A stretch of 49,984 bases of DNA, filler included, from Sphacelaria rigidula (GCA_964200075.2; 3 parts of 3 records of this genome joined end to end with filler, not necessarily neighbours in it), one strand, 5' to 3'; counted from the whole stretch's first letter, positions 1-13,572 are shown. Translations and numbers: made by a program. The notes: generated by a model from the letters alone, not told the origin.

Positions 1-351
1 GATTTTGAATGCACAAACGATTAAAAGCCCATAACGGACTTTACTTATGGGACAGAGGAAGTATACATACATATATCTATATGTATCGTTCAGACCCGGT
101 GGTCAAGGTTAAAATGGTACACTAACGTCCACATAGGGCGGAAGATTGCGACTTCGAATTCCGACAGATACGGTAGCCTCGTTGAGCAGAGTTTGATTAT
201 CACCATGGAAAGAGTGAGGCTGAGAGGAGCAAAACATATCCGACGAGAGTAGACGGGGTGCAGAAGTGCTGGTCCAACCCCGGCTTACACCAAATGCCAG
301 GCAGGTACCGACGGAAGAGATGGGTTGACCTCTTCGGACTAAGAACTCGTC

Positions 352-607
352 CACGGTTCGGACGAATCATCCCTTAATCGAATCACCAAATCCACGATTT
401 TCAGGCCTGATTGCTAAACAAAGAGAAAACTTTCACCGGTGGTCGAAAAGGTTCCCACGCAATTTTTGCGCCATTCCACGTGCCTGGCCTGCGCGTACCT
501 GGGTTGCAACGCTGAAAACAAAGCCTAAGGATTGATTCGTACGGTACGAATCAATCACGCTAGAATCAAGTGATTTCCAGAGGAATCATAAAGTCGTCCG
601 ACCCGTG
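352..607 (+). mobile_element. MITE-like element, family A, copy 1
   Basis: Terminal inverted repeats CACGGTTCGGACGA ... TCGTCCGACCCGTG; homologous copies at 3795-4009 and 12946-13202 (reverse); no credible ORF. Confidence 0.7.
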
Positions 608-1550
608 AACTCGTCCCGAGCAAGGGAAGGGGTTCAGAGGTCAGAAAAAAAGTATACGTATGGTTTCATGCACTACACAGTTATCTTCAATGCATATTGG
701 AATTGGTTATATATCGGCTGCGTCGAGAGCCGTCAACCGAAGAATCCTGTCTGCCCCCTAACGGCGGTTGATTGCGTCCTTGGTCGGTGGTTCTACGGCG
801 CCGCCTGGTGTGTGTGCGTGTTTCTGCTCTGCTGCCCCGAATTATGTGGGCTTTACTTCTGTAGTTTCCTTCTCATCTGTTCTCCCTTTCCCCATCCTTC
901 TATATATATGTGTGTGTGTGTGTTCTTTTCTGACAGTAACATGCAACACACGAGCACGTCGGAAGTGACTCAGAGCCGGAACATGACGAAATCGACTTCG
1001 TAGCGAGTGTACTGTCCCTTCTCCTCTCGGTTTCCCTTACGCTTGCCTGTGCAGGCAGGTTTCAAAATACCTGTCTGTAAAAAAAGGCGTTTTCGTCCAA
1101 ATCGGCACAGCAGGCAACGATTCGAGTTTCACCTACGACAGACAACTTGCCCACAACACCCCTTGCCCGAAGGTTATTGGAATGCCTTGGGTTGTGGTTT
1201 GAGCTAGCTCTAGCGTTACTTCAAACTAATGCATGCCGGTCGCGACCCCCTACCCCATGCGTACCCCTGTCTATCTGTGTCTTCCTCCAATTTTGACTCA
1301 ATAAACTCTACGGGCCGGTTTCAAAATGCTGCCGGTACAGGCACACGACTTTACGCCGGTCGTCTCTTCTTGTTTGCGTGTTTTTCTCGCTGATGGTCGT
1401 AGATCTCTGCCTCGCCTTGTTTTTGTTATTTCATTTTCTTCCTTCCATTGCCTTTCATTTATTTTTTCTGGTTCTCAGTACGTGTCCTATTTGTTCTCTC
1501 CTTCCTTTTCCTCATGTTTGCGCATTTTCCCTCGAGTTTCACCTACTGTA

Positions 1551-3064
1551 CAGGCTGGTTCACGGAAAAAACCCAAATTCTGTCATCAGCAAATGCCTTC
1601 TGCAATACGCACCCAACAGTCGCATACATGGTATCATACTGACCGCAATAAACAGACGAACAGGGTGACACAGCCGGATATTTTTAAAGGTTATAGCGGT
1701 GGCGCTATGGGCAAAAATGTGTCTCGACCAATCAGCGCCTTTCAAACTATTCCGAAATTGAAAATACGAATTCCAAGCCCAATTTCCACCGAATCCCCAC
1801 ATGCTTCAAATCGTAGTGACCGTCATCACCTCGAGAATCTAACGGGAGAAACGGATTCGAAAACGATTTCAACGGGGTCGAATAATACCCGAAAACATAA
1901 TGTTTCGGTGATGTGGATTTTGGCGTTGTCTTAGTTCCCCTCATGATACGCAGGACTCAAGGAGCCTCGTGACGATTTCCCTTATATCTCTTGTAGAAAA
2001 GCTCAGATCATCCTCAAACTTGACAGTTCCGTAGGTATTGATGCTCCAAATGGAAAAATTGTGTTCTTGGCGAGGGTTCAAAGGTTTCTCCGTTCTCTAC
2101 CGGCTTCCGGGGGTCCCAGTACAAAGACCCTCAAAAGGCGATACATGATGAATCAAAAGAAAAAAATATATATGATGCGTCCCAGGATGGTCCAAGGAAC
2201 ACATGCACCATTTTTGGTGGAGAAACTCGAAAATCTGATACAAGTTTTCCTGCCTTGACGTAAAATTCACCCTAAAATATGTTTTCATACTCAAACCAAG
2301 TAATTAGGAGTTTGCACGTCTTAAGCTCACATCCTCACACATACGCGCATTCTTGACGCATTTATTAGGAGTTAGACCCTGGAACTTTGCACAAATGTGC
2401 TATGAATCATCACGCAAGTTTCGATCAACGGGGTTTTTCACTTTCTTGATTTTTTTCCCGTTTTCGGGGGTACGACGGGATCCAAGTCGTTTTTTCGAGG
2501 TCCTCCATTCTGGGACCCCGGAAAACCGGCACGAAAGTATTTTTTTTTCAGTTTTTTCGCGAACGCTCTGCCGCCGCACACCCAAGGAAGAACTCCACAA
2601 AGTTTTGTGGCCAAACTCGATTACCTGGTGCTTGAATTTTCATGTTCATGTCGAAAGAGGCCCCAAAACGCCATTTTCATACCAAAATCTAGTAGTTTGC
2701 CGTTTCACCGTGGCACGGCAAGGTTCATCGCACAAACGCGAAAAACTTCACGCCGATTTAGGGAGTTAGACCCTGAAAAATCGCACAGGTGTTCTATGGG
2801 TCATTACGCAACTTTGCACGGACGAGGTTTTTTTTTTCTTTTCTAAACCGTTCTACGAGGGTCCGACTTGATCGAAGTTTTCCAGACAAAACTGGGACCC
2901 CGGAAAAACGGTGAAAAAAAGTCAAAAATTCGAAAAACCTCGTCGTTGCACAGTTGCGTAATGACCCATAGAACACCTGTGCAAATGTTTAGGGTCTAAC
3001 TCCTTGAAACGGCGTGAAGTTTTGCCGATGAGTGTATTTGGGTTTTTTTCCGTGAACCAGCCTG
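1551..3064. mobile_element. Non-autonomous TIR DNA transposon (~1.5 kb, Tc1/mariner-like TA target)
   Basis: ~29-nt TIR CAGGCTGGTTCACGGAAAAAACCCAAAT at 1551 and its reverse complement ending at 3064; TA on both flanks (1549-1550, 3065-3066); internal inverted repeat ~2741-2830 vs ~2935-3023; no transposase ORF. Confidence 0.8.
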
Positions 3065-3794
3065 TAGCGAGTTTTTTTCTGTACATGAACATGGGGTCGC
3101 GTGACATATCTCATCACTATGGAGGCAATTGAAGGGGATCATGTAATGTACGACAATAGGGTCCATGGGTGAGAGCTCATACCTAAAATAGTGGGCAATC
3201 TACTCACACCGCTTTTTGGTTTCCGTTTGGATATGAGTGCATGTGCTCTTGGGGAAGACACCACCTTTCCCACCGGAAATCATGTTACAGAGGCCGACCG
3301 TTCCACCTTTTCTTGTCATTCTAGTCTTGCTTGTTTGTTTGTTTTCCATCACCATTCTCATTTTTTCAAAAAAAATTCAAGTCTACTCTGTTGTCTGTTC
3401 TACCTTCCTGTTTTCTTTACTCCTTCTTAGCGAGCGTTGCCGTTTGTTCATATTGGGTGTGTCTAGCGGATAATGACCGCGACTGGGTACCTCGGCGATC
3501 AGTTGATACTTTCTCCGATAGCCCCTTCTAAAGCCAGCCCAAAAGTGCCACGAAAAAAATGGCCATACAGCGTCTGATGGTTGGGTTCAGGCCGCATGAA
3601 GCGCCTCATATTGACGACATTGGCTAGAACGAACCCAAGGGTGGGAAGTTCCAGCTAATCGTTATGTTCGGCTTTTTCCGTTTCGGTTTACGTGAACATT
3701 TTGCCTCCCAAAACCATGCACTTTTGAAGGGGGGCTATCGTAGGAAGTGTCTGATGTGCGACAGTAAAACCAGACCAAATCGAAGCAAATCGAT

Positions 3795-4009
3795 CACGGT
3801 TCGGACGAATCATCGCCGGTTCGAATCACCAAATTCGCGATTTTTTAGGCCTGATTGCTCAAGAAAGAGAAAAAAGTTGGCCGCTAGTCAAGGAGGTGGG
3901 TCTTGATGCAATTTTTGCGTCATTCCACGTTCCCGGGCTGCGCGTACCTGGGCTTTAACGCTGAAAACAAAGTCATTTCCAGACGAATCATGAATTCGTC
4001 CGACCCTTG
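3795..4009 (+). mobile_element. MITE-like element, family A, copy 2 (internally deleted)
   Basis: Same termini (CACGGTTCGGACGAATCAT ... TCGTCCGACCCTTG) and body as 352-607, about 40 nt shorter. Confidence 0.7.
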
Positions 4010-4396
4010 AAATCAATTGATGACAACAGTAGAATTCAGCACTTGGTAGGCGTGGAACTTCCCTACTTAGCTTTAGTGCGGACACCGAAACCCGAATCTT
4101 CAATGGAGAGCTTGCTCCTAGCGTGCGCAGAACGCATTTTTGTCGAAATCGGCGCCTGCGGCGCCGAGTCAAGGTATCGCGACGCACTTCACCTTGGAAA
4201 CACTTCGCACCCCCATTGCTCGAGGGCCCTTGGTATAGCTTCGTTGGGGTGAGGGTGAGCGTTAGGGTGAGGATTGCGGTAATAGTTAATCGAATTCATA
4301 AATTTCCGAGACACACGCCCACCAAGCGGTAAACTAACCTCATCAATCAATTCAGTCGTAACATGAACTCGAGTCATGATCACACACCTCCCTCAC

Positions 4397-4480
4397 CGGA
4401 AGTGCTCGGCGATGATGACACTGCTGGCGACAGAAATTCCAGCACTAGTTTCTCAATGCAGGACACGCGAGCGAAGTTGC
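4397..4480 (-). CDS. LCMT1: Leucine carboxyl methyltransferase 1-like, exon 2
   Basis: Acceptor ...CCACAG| then (G)NFARVSCIEKLVLEFLSPAV; phase 1 joins exon 1 to give INRGNFARV, matching the LCMT1 INRGYFARV motif. Donor probably G|GTGAGG (alternative exon end at 4388). Not in the ORF track. Later exons not found. Confidence 0.8.
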
Positions 4481-4735
4481 CTGTGGTGAAGTGGAATGGG
4501 AGAAGGAGGGTGGAGAGGGGTCACGGAGGATGACTTCAACAACGGGGACGATGACGGCTACACCTCATAGATGGAGGATAACACGGTTTGGAGGCTCAAA
4601 ACTCGAGCAACACATCTAACGGCGTTCAAGCTCGCGGAGAATATAGGCAGAGCGGTGCATGACATAGATAGTTGATACAGTAGAATAGGATAAAAGCCAC
4701 GTCCAAAATAGAGTCAGCGAAGATTTGATATTCTT

Positions 4736-4825
4736 TAGTAGTAGTAGTAGTTGTAGTTGTAGTAGTATTATATCCGTCACATTCATCAATCAATCAATCA
4801 ATTATTATTATATCCGTCACATTAG
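4736..4825. repeat. Compound microsatellite (TAG)n/(CAAT)n/(ATT)n with a duplicated 18-mer
   Basis: TAG and CAAT runs; TATTATATCCGTCACATT occurs twice; possibly a retroelement tail. Confidence 0.6.
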
Positions 4826-6332
4826 CTCGGTCTCTCGAACCCGTGGTCACAGAGTGCAAGGAGGATACCACCCATGTCCCTAACCCAAACGGCCCGCAGA
4901 AGAAGGCAAGAAAACAAAACATCCACACAAAAAATTCTTACAAGCAAAGCAACTTTGTATAACTTCAGATAGAGGAACGACCGTCACGGACAGGGGCAGT
5001 GCTGTTCACATAGATCTGACCTTGAGGTTTCGACGAAAACTGTAGTTATTCGGTACGACGACATCTGGCTCAATTGTACGCCGCACAACCCTTCTGATCA
5101 AAGGCAGCACGCAGAACGAGACGTGAACACCCTCAAGAACTCTAAGCGCTACCCTTCATCGGAGAAAACATGCTTGTTCGGAGCGAGCTAGCGTGTCTGC
5201 ACGCACGTTGCCATGCAGCACGAGAGCACGGATAACGAACACTTTGGGCGGGGGGCTTATTTGGACACACAGGAGTCGTCACATGCGCAAATCATCGAAT
5301 GATCGAGCTTGTGTGGGTTTTCAGCCCATCCTAGGCGCAATAAAAAATTCAGGATCTTCACACTTCCAGTTCAAGAAAAGTCGTTTTTTGCACAAACCTC
5401 GTCCGCCGCGTACACCCCACTTCACCGAGACAATTCATCGGGCCCGGTCGTTGTCGGATTGGATCGTGAACGGCAATTGCGCGGGTAAATACTCGATGCT
5501 GTGGCTACCGTGGCTCGTTCTGATTCGGGCGGGGTAGCCGCGTGCACCTCCGTTGCAGTTGATGAATCGGAGGAAAAAAGGTATGACACAAAAATGTCCA
5601 GACCCATAGTGAAGTACGACGATTGGTGGAGTCAATTTCGTGAGGATGGTGCACATCCTGGACGATATATGGTCGACAGTAGCAATAGACAAAAATTTAC
5701 ATAACGTAGAGTACAAGCATATTTCAGTTGTTGTCGGCCGACAGCAGTTGAAACAGATATATACTCTACGCAGTACATTTTTGTCTGCTGCAACTTTTGA
5801 CCACATATGGTCAGAAGAGAGTTTCGGAAACCAAACTTTTGAGCCCAAAACTCAGGGATAATTTGCGTCTTCTCACGAAAATTCAAGCAAACGATAATTA
5901 TCCCTCAGTTTTCTGGCCTATTTTTGTTTGCCGAAACTCTCCATCATCCTGTGTGTGGTATGGTGGTATAGTGGTCTGCAACCAAGTAGTTGTTGATTTT
6001 GGACTCATTTTCGATGGTGATCAGCCCAGAGGCGGAACGGAAAAAAGTGCCCCAAAGGTGCAAATGAACGATACCACTGTGTAGCTTCGGATGGCGACGA
6101 TACCAGATGCCCACTTTGGCCTTTTGACGAGCATGCATTAACTTGGAAATCGAAGTTGGGAACAAGTCTTTTTTCGCGTTCAGACTCGGCTGAGGTGACG
6201 CAAAAACACAATTGGCAATTTCTTGCGCTCACTACGAGTATTGCAGGTCACCTTTTGTTGGCTCGACTATTCTGGAGGTGTTCGGAATGGTTCTCCTGAA
6301 GGATCAACAAAGCATGCACAACATTGAAAACT

Positions 6333-6407
6333 GAGGGCGAACACAAAGCATTCCCAGTTATAGGGTGATAGAGGGCGAACACAAAGCATTCCTAGTTATA
6401 GGGTGAT
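6333..6407 (+). repeat. Tandem duplication, 38-nt period x2
   Basis: GAGGGCGAACACAAAGCATTCC(C/T)AGTTATAGGGTGAT twice. Confidence 0.9.
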
Positions 6408-9385
6408 TGCTTTACAACGAAGAGGCTGTGGTGACCAAGACCAGCTTTACTTGGAAACCTCGTCCCCAGCAGCCATACGTTCTGGACGACCCGGCCTGTT
6501 TGCAGGTTGGTTGGGTGTCCAAAAAACATTGTGACGGTCACGAACGCCTGGAGAACCAATCCACAGAAGAAAAACAAACACTTTCGAGTGTTTGTACTCA
6601 CACGTAACGCATGAAAACATTTTCAATAGCAAGCTCTGGGACAAACAGCTAGGAGAACCGCTCCGGGCTCACAGACGCGTGTGCTCTACTGTACCGCACC
6701 GTCTGCAGGCTGGACTGCGCACTGCCGGACGAACATGCGGGAATGGCTCGTTCTCGTTCCGTCTTCGAGCTGTTGTATATATTCAACCCTACCGTACAAC
6801 AGAGCCGAGCATGAATAAAACCGCAGACAGACTGCCAATAGCTTAGCTGGGGAAAATACACGGCTAGATAGTCTTCTTCCTCTTCAATAATCTGGTGGCG
6901 GTGATTTTGAAGGTGAGGCGCCCATACACAGCGCACCAAGCGTGTCATGATGCTGACACTTCACGTGTGTGCAACTGGAAGCCACAGGTAGATGCTGACG
7001 CAGCAGTTTCCGCGACTCTAGGCGTTTTGTGCTCTGCGTGGGTTGAAAGTGTGGTTATGCCCGATGACTAACTATTTCGCAACATGTGTCACAATCTAAT
7101 GGCAATTCTAGAGGGATCGATATCACATCCACGCGGAGGTAGCGGCGGATCTTCCAGCGTTGTTGTCTGGGTAGTCCGCTTATCGGTCGACGCTTGAGTA
7201 ACACACCATCAGTCCGGATTCGTCATAATTTAGGGGTAGAAGGACTCGGGTGTTATACGCCGTCTCGGGCAAGACGCGGACGTACAGCCGGGCCGAAGAG
7301 AACGGTGTATTTTGCCAAAGACCACTGTGAAGCTGTTCGGGAAGAAGGCAACGTCCGTTACAGACAGTATCAGACTTGGCGATCCGGGGACCACGACAGT
7401 CTGACGACGAAGGGGGCGGTTGCTATTGTCTTCTATCAGAATCGCTTGCAAATGTTTCAGAGGACATTCCCACGTGAATATCTTGAGCTTACTCCGACAG
7501 TCGTGATAGCTTCTTTGCGGAGTTTTTTTTTTGCTATTTCACTTGGAGTCAAACTGGGACAGAGTGCAAGTTGAGATTGAGAAGGATTGATCGCGGGTAT
7601 CCCGGCCCTGCCGAGGCATGATTCACATCGTACAGCCAGTGCAGTACTCATTGTACTGCCGGCTCGAAGCACACAGTGTCAACCTCGTGGTGTATTACTG
7701 AACCGCGACACGTTCCGTGTATCGAGCGCTTCCTCCCTCCGGAGTAACATGCATCCTCTGCCATCCGGGCGCCTCAGCCTGTGAGGTTGTCCGTAGCGCC
7801 ACCTTGCCATGCTTGTGTGGGTCCGTCTAGCGTCGGCATATTTTACTACTTGAGGCATGACCATCTCCAATGGACATCGCGGGCTATAAATTGAAAAATG
7901 CTGTAAAATGCCTCCATATTTCTGAAAAGGATCAGCACCGTAGAAGAAACCGGGTCTTATCGAGACAACAGAAAGAAACGAAGAACGAAACAAGCGTCCA
8001 CAAGCAGCACGTTGATTGGTCGCCGAGCGGGTCTATGGTTGGCGCGACGAATTGACATCTTGCTTTTGGGCGCTCGTTTCGTTTCTCGCTTCTTTCACTT
8101 GTCTCGATAAGACATGGATGGCCTCAGTTGGAACGCAACCTACACCCCAGGCCTCTTTTGTGCTGTCTTCGGGCTCCTTACCCGCGGCTATGCAGCAGAG
8201 GCTTCGCTGTCTTGTTTCTGTAGTCGTGTTGTTGCGTTTCGTCCGGGACCGTGCAACTAGATCTTTCTTCTTCATATTCCCTCTCATCTCGAGGTTCTTC
8301 AGCGAGTTCTTTCATCTACAATATACAGTCCTGCGCCAAAACAACAAAAAAACAAGAAAATATCTGGATGCTCGCACCATGTTTATGAATGCCCGCACTT
8401 GGCCAGGATACAAGAACCATTTCAGTTCTGGACAAAACTTTCCTCGTGTGAATTTCTCGACCGTGGGTGGAGGTACCATCGTGAAACTTTGTCCACCAGT
8501 CCGACACAACAAAGACAGCATGTGCGTCAGTCGGCGGCGCGTTCGTGTGTGCAGGCAAGTTAAACAAAGCGATTATTCGACTTTTCGGCAATAGCGACGA
8601 TATGCCCTCAAAAGTCAAAACCCCGGGTTCGTGCACGGTGAGTGAACGCATATATGGACACGCCGGTGCACTCACTTCCACATGATGAGCACCTGAGGGG
8701 GGAGGGGGGGGGGGGTGCTGTGCTCGCAAGCAGTGATGGGCCCATGTTTTGGGATTACCTCTCGGCAGTGACAAGCTGAACGAAGTCATCCAGACATCGC
8801 CGGTGGACGTGCTCAGTTCGGGAGGCAAGGTCGTACGCACGCTGTCGGCGTTGCAACGCTCTGAAACTTCAGCCACATGACCTTGACATGACATATCATC
8901 CAGTCAACAAGCCCATGAGCCTCGATCTGGGGTTGCGCGTTGCAGCAGTGTGCGACGAGGTGAAAAGAGGTCTGATTCTGTTGCGATCTCTTTTTTGGGC
9001 GCGGGACTCTACATGGCTCGCGTACGCTCATCTTGTTGCCACGATTAGCTTCGTCGCGGATGAGTGCACAAGCGACGATCAATGACTTCTGTCGACTGTC
9101 AAATACTACGGAGTAGGTAATCACGATCGACAACGGGACATAACACCTCCTCCCCCGCAAGTGATGCAGTTCCGTCGAGTTTCTCGAGAATCATGCAACT
9201 CCCCAGGGATATTGGCTGCCGACCAATACAGGTGAGAATTTTCCAAGGTATCATCCTCTGGTGGAGGTGGTTCTAGCATGTTCAAGAACATGAGGATTGG
9301 AAGTACATCACCAGGGGTGGTATACCCCGTACCCACAATCAGTCTCGATCTTAACCACTTTGCAAGATGTGTACATGCACAGTAC

Positions 9386-9668
9386 CTCGATTGATGACAG
9401 GGGGCAGCCGTCTAGCAAAAGAAGGAACATCAATAGAAGCTCCCTTGTGGTGGCCAGTATTCCGTGAGCACCCATCGCCAAAAGCACCCGCAGCAAAGTG
9501 TTCTACATAGGGATCTCGAAAGTACCCTAGGGTAGCAGCGGCCAGCTTTCCGGATGCGGCATCGTTTGCCGTCGCCTGGATGCTTCCGTCGCTTCCAATT
9601 TCTGTCCCATTACTTCCTGACGATGTTCCCTCTTTTTCTCGTTTACGGCGTGCTATTGCTTTGTCCAT
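9386..9668 (-). CDS. LCMT1: Leucine carboxyl methyltransferase 1-like, exon 1
   Basis: MDKAIARR...IQATANDAASGKLAAATLGYFRDPYVEHF...RRLPPVINR(G) matches the LCMT1/Ppm1 N-terminus (GYxxDPYxxHF...PxINRG); donor AG|GTACTG; intron 1 is 4481-9385 (4.9 kb). Confidence 0.85.
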
Positions 9669-10764
9669 TTCTCAAGTTTCTCTTAACTTGCTCTCTGTTG
9701 CGGAGTGAAAGGTTCTTTGTCAGGGACCCACCACCATACTAGGTATTACAAAAATGCACGACCCGTTGGTTGCATCGCCGCCCATAATTTTGACGGGCCA
9801 CAAACGACAAAATGGTGACATTTCTTTTGTGCGCCACCAAGCGCGACCACTCTTGCCTTGTCAGCTTCCCGCTGGCACTTATGGGGTCAGATACGAGGAT
9901 AAAGTAATCGATTGCTCAGGAGAGCAACATGGATACCGCTCACTCATCGCTTTGTTTATGCAGAGAGATGACACGGTAAATCAAGTTGCACAGGCAGACT
10001 TTTTTTTTTCCCTTCACACTTTCAAACCTTCTCCTTCATCGGGCCGAGTCCATTTTCTCGACCCATCTTTTCCCCCGTGGACGCCTTGCATCTTTTTGAT
10101 CTGGGGGATGGGATCGGGACTCCCGCACCTCATTAACTCTCGTCAAGAAGCACCACCTCTTCTTGCTAGTCACGTCATCATGATGCTTCCAACCGCGAAA
10201 ATTAGATGCTCCGAAGAAAAATCCCAAAATCATCTGGAGGGAATTGAACCAGAGTTATTTCCACCCTGACGGTGTTGGGCACACTTTGCCATGTGGGGGT
10301 GTACTGTCCGCACTACTGCTGCGCAGCAGCTAAATTGCCCGTGTGTTTTGTACCATTGTTGTTGCAATACACAATGCTTGTGCTGTCCATACTTGCACTG
10401 TACACATCCGGTATGTGCTGCAGCATTTGTGTTGCGGTAGGTGCACATTATAACATGCCCCACGACGGAGTGGGGTGTAGATGAGGAATCGATCGGATGA
10501 ACCTAATTGCGGACGAACTTTGATACATCTCCGAAAGCATTTTGTTTCTACAAACAGTAGTAGTAGTAGTGGATCGACAGAGAGGAGCAGGGGAAACTAA
10601 TGTTTTTGGGAGCCACTACCGACGTTGAAGAGATGTTTTCCATAAACGTCAAGGATCAATCCGTAGCGGGACCTACCTATACTACGCCGTTACTCTGGTT
10701 TGCGGATTGGGATCGATGTCAGGCCGTGTCGTATCAAGCTGCTTTCGACTCGAAAATATACATA

Positions 10765-10875
10765 CGGTGGAATCGAATTTGCTCGTACCTGATTCGTCCA
10801 CGGCACTCATGTTCGCAACAACCTCAGTAAGAAGTAGCGTGGGCGAATCAGGAACGAGCGAATTCGATTCGACCC
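10765..10875. mobile_element. Tiny hairpin MITE (111 nt, TA-flanked)
   Basis: ~42-nt arms (GGTGGAATCGAATTTGCTCGTACCTGATTCG... and reverse complement, about 6 mismatches) around a ~25-nt loop; TA on both sides. Confidence 0.65.
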
Positions 10876-12945
10876 TACGTATTCGACACCAACACGATTT
10901 TGATAAGACACGGTCTCACAGAGGTGAAGGATAGAAGAACCCGAGAAATAGCACGCTGGTTTCCGCACGCAACCGGAGCCTGAATTTCGGACAAATGAGA
11001 GCAGTACAAAATGTGGTCCATGAGTTGTAGCAAAAAACGCCTCTTCCTTTTCACGACAAACAAATTTGGCGGGGTCAAAACACGTCCTCTCACAGATCGC
11101 CATACGCAAATACATCAAATTCATCAGAAAAGTAATGTACACTTCGCAGCTGACTACCGTTTGTTATTTTGTTTGGTAGAAACTTGTCCGATCGCAGTGC
11201 TACGTGAAGTGGAAGACGCGCGTTGATTTGCAGACTTCCACTATATGTAATAGTATAACTGGCCATATTTGTGGGAATTTGCAAGAACCGAGAACCAAGA
11301 GGGAAGTGTGGTCATAAATCGAGAGGAAGCAGGGTCGGTCCGCAGAACGTTCACTGGAGGTACGGAAACACTTTTACCAGGCCCGGAGAATTATTGGATT
11401 TTTCTTCCGGACCACCAGGCCTGTTTCATCAACCAACTTGCAGGTGATACAGGGGCGGACAATCCGTCCAATGGTGCATTCACCACTGACGGTCGATCCC
11501 GTGCATTGCACGTGCCCCCCACCCCCCCACCCCCACCCTCTCACAACCCACGATTGCACAACTCCACACTGCTTCCTCGGCCAGTTCAACGCTACGGTAT
11601 TACAACTACGTCAACAGAGACATAATATACAGGAGATTACAATGAAGGTGTGTTCCGCTGGCGTGTGCACGATACCGTAGTAGTATGTATGTGTGAGTGC
11701 ACAAAAAAGTCGAAGCTACGTGTGTGCGGAGATATGAAGATGCATCTAACGAATGTCGTCTCTTATTATTTCATTGTTTGTGACACCTCATCGCCCCACC
11801 GGCTCTGTTGATATGGCAAGACGGTGCCTCCCCGAAACACAGGCTGTGAACTCTCTTGTTAGAGTGAATTGATGAACATGGATAAAGAACAATAACGACG
11901 CCCATAAACAAGGACGGATTAATTGTTGTAGCAGTAATGATGAGTTACGAAGAGGGGTGCGCTTTGTGCGCTGTATTTCAGGTAGTATATAATCCATTAT
12001 CATCCTGGATAGCGTGTGCTAATGACAAAAAAGGGGGACAACCGTGGGGTGGCGTGTGTACCTCAATGAGGGATTCTACGATACCGGTGTGCTTTTTAGC
12101 TCAGATTTTTTCTGAGGCTGCACACTGGGGCCCAGATGTTTGGCATCGAGAGGCCCCCGAAGTTCAGAGCCTCAGAAAAAAACGTATACCGCCCCTACCC
12201 TATAGCACCACTCGAGTGTTGATTCTTTTACCGCGGAGAGGTGGTTGTAGGTGTGAAACCGGCGTCATTTTCACTTGGATGCGAGCGCCATGGACTCACG
12301 CACACTCACCACTTTTGTGTTAGCGAGCGCCCAAACAAATGCAGATCAGATGGTATGGCCATGTCTTATCGGGCGACTACGTACATACATGCTGTTCGTT
12401 TACACGTGTTTCTTTTCCCTCTTTTTGAAGACACGGCTAACAAAGTTGATGCAAAATTTCATTCAGTATTTCTCCGCTACCTTTTCCTCTAAACGAGAGT
12501 GAGATTCTAACGAAAGTTCTTCGAGGCTAATCCCTTTTACGCGTGTCTGCCGCTGATAACTTGGAGGTGGTGGTTCTTGGGGTAGCAGGTTAGGCGGGCT
12601 AGTCGAAGTTTCGCCAGCCGAGCCAAGCGGATTTTCGCCGCACCTTTCACGACGATTCGACCTTTGTTTAGTGGCACGACGAGCAAACTGAAAAAGTGGG
12701 AATAAGACGTGGTGTCCTGTCCGAGACCCGTGAACAACTAGTCTTCAACAACAAATGTTGCGATTACACGAGTACGTATATATTACAGTTATTTTACTCA
12801 GGCCCATCCAGTGGCCACCCAGAAAGAGAGCCAGCTGCACACCCGCCCACGTGGCCATGACTGTCAACCTGCTTTGTACGAGTAACACTGCTTGGTTTTT
12901 ACAGCAGGTCTCAATGCTCTCTTTGACATGCGAACGACACTGTTT

Positions 12946-13202
12946 CAAGGGTCGGACAAATAATGATGCGTCTGGAAATTACTTGGTTTTAGTACAACTG
13001 ATTCGACGCGTACGAATCAATCCCTAGGCTTTGTTTTCAGCGTTACAACCCAGGTACACGCAGCCCACACACGTGGAATGGCCCAAAAAATGCGTGGATA
13101 TCCCTTGGACCTGCGGTCAACTTCTTTCTCCCTTTTGGGCAATCAGGCCGAAGAAATCGTGGATTTGGTGATTCGTCGTCGTGATGATTCGTCCTAACCA
13201 TG
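12946..13202 (-). mobile_element. MITE-like element, family A, copy 3 (reverse orientation)
   Basis: Reverse-complement homologue of 352-607; ends about 185 nt upstream of the vBPO ATG. Confidence 0.7.
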
Positions 13203-13386
13203 CACCGTTATTATCTTCTCTCCAAACCCATGAGTATCCGATGACCGTTTAATATATTGGTGACTCTTCGTCCACAACCAAGTAGACAGAGATACCATGA
13301 GTATCTCGTCTCAGGAACCAAGATATATATATATATATATATATTCGTTGCCTGCAAAAAATAATATATATCACCATCATCCTTCT

Positions 13387-13572
13387 ATGCGCGCCGTGTT
13401 CATGCAAAACAATGTACAGGCTGCGATCGGTATCGCGGCGATACTAGTCGCTTTCCCGGCTACGTTCGCGCTTTCCCCTGCGGCGGGGGACGACAAAAAT
13501 GAGCACCAGCAAACTCACCCGCTGCTCAGCGGCAGCGTGTGCAGGGTCCGAGACTCGGTCGACTTCCTCGAT
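13387..13572 (+). CDS. vBPO: Vanadium-dependent bromoperoxidase, exon 1 (signal peptide)
   Basis: Hydrophobic signal (AAIGIAAILVAFPATFA) then HPLLSGSVCRVRDSVDFLD, resembling Laminaria vBPO (QPLLSGNVCRVRDSLDFLD, recalled); phase-0 donor GAT|GTGAGT. The start could instead be the ATG at 13402. Confidence 0.85.

Noticed and set aside
1326..1934. 202-aa ORF
   Set aside because: Runs across a TE terminus and a pyrimidine-rich tract; no motif or splice support.
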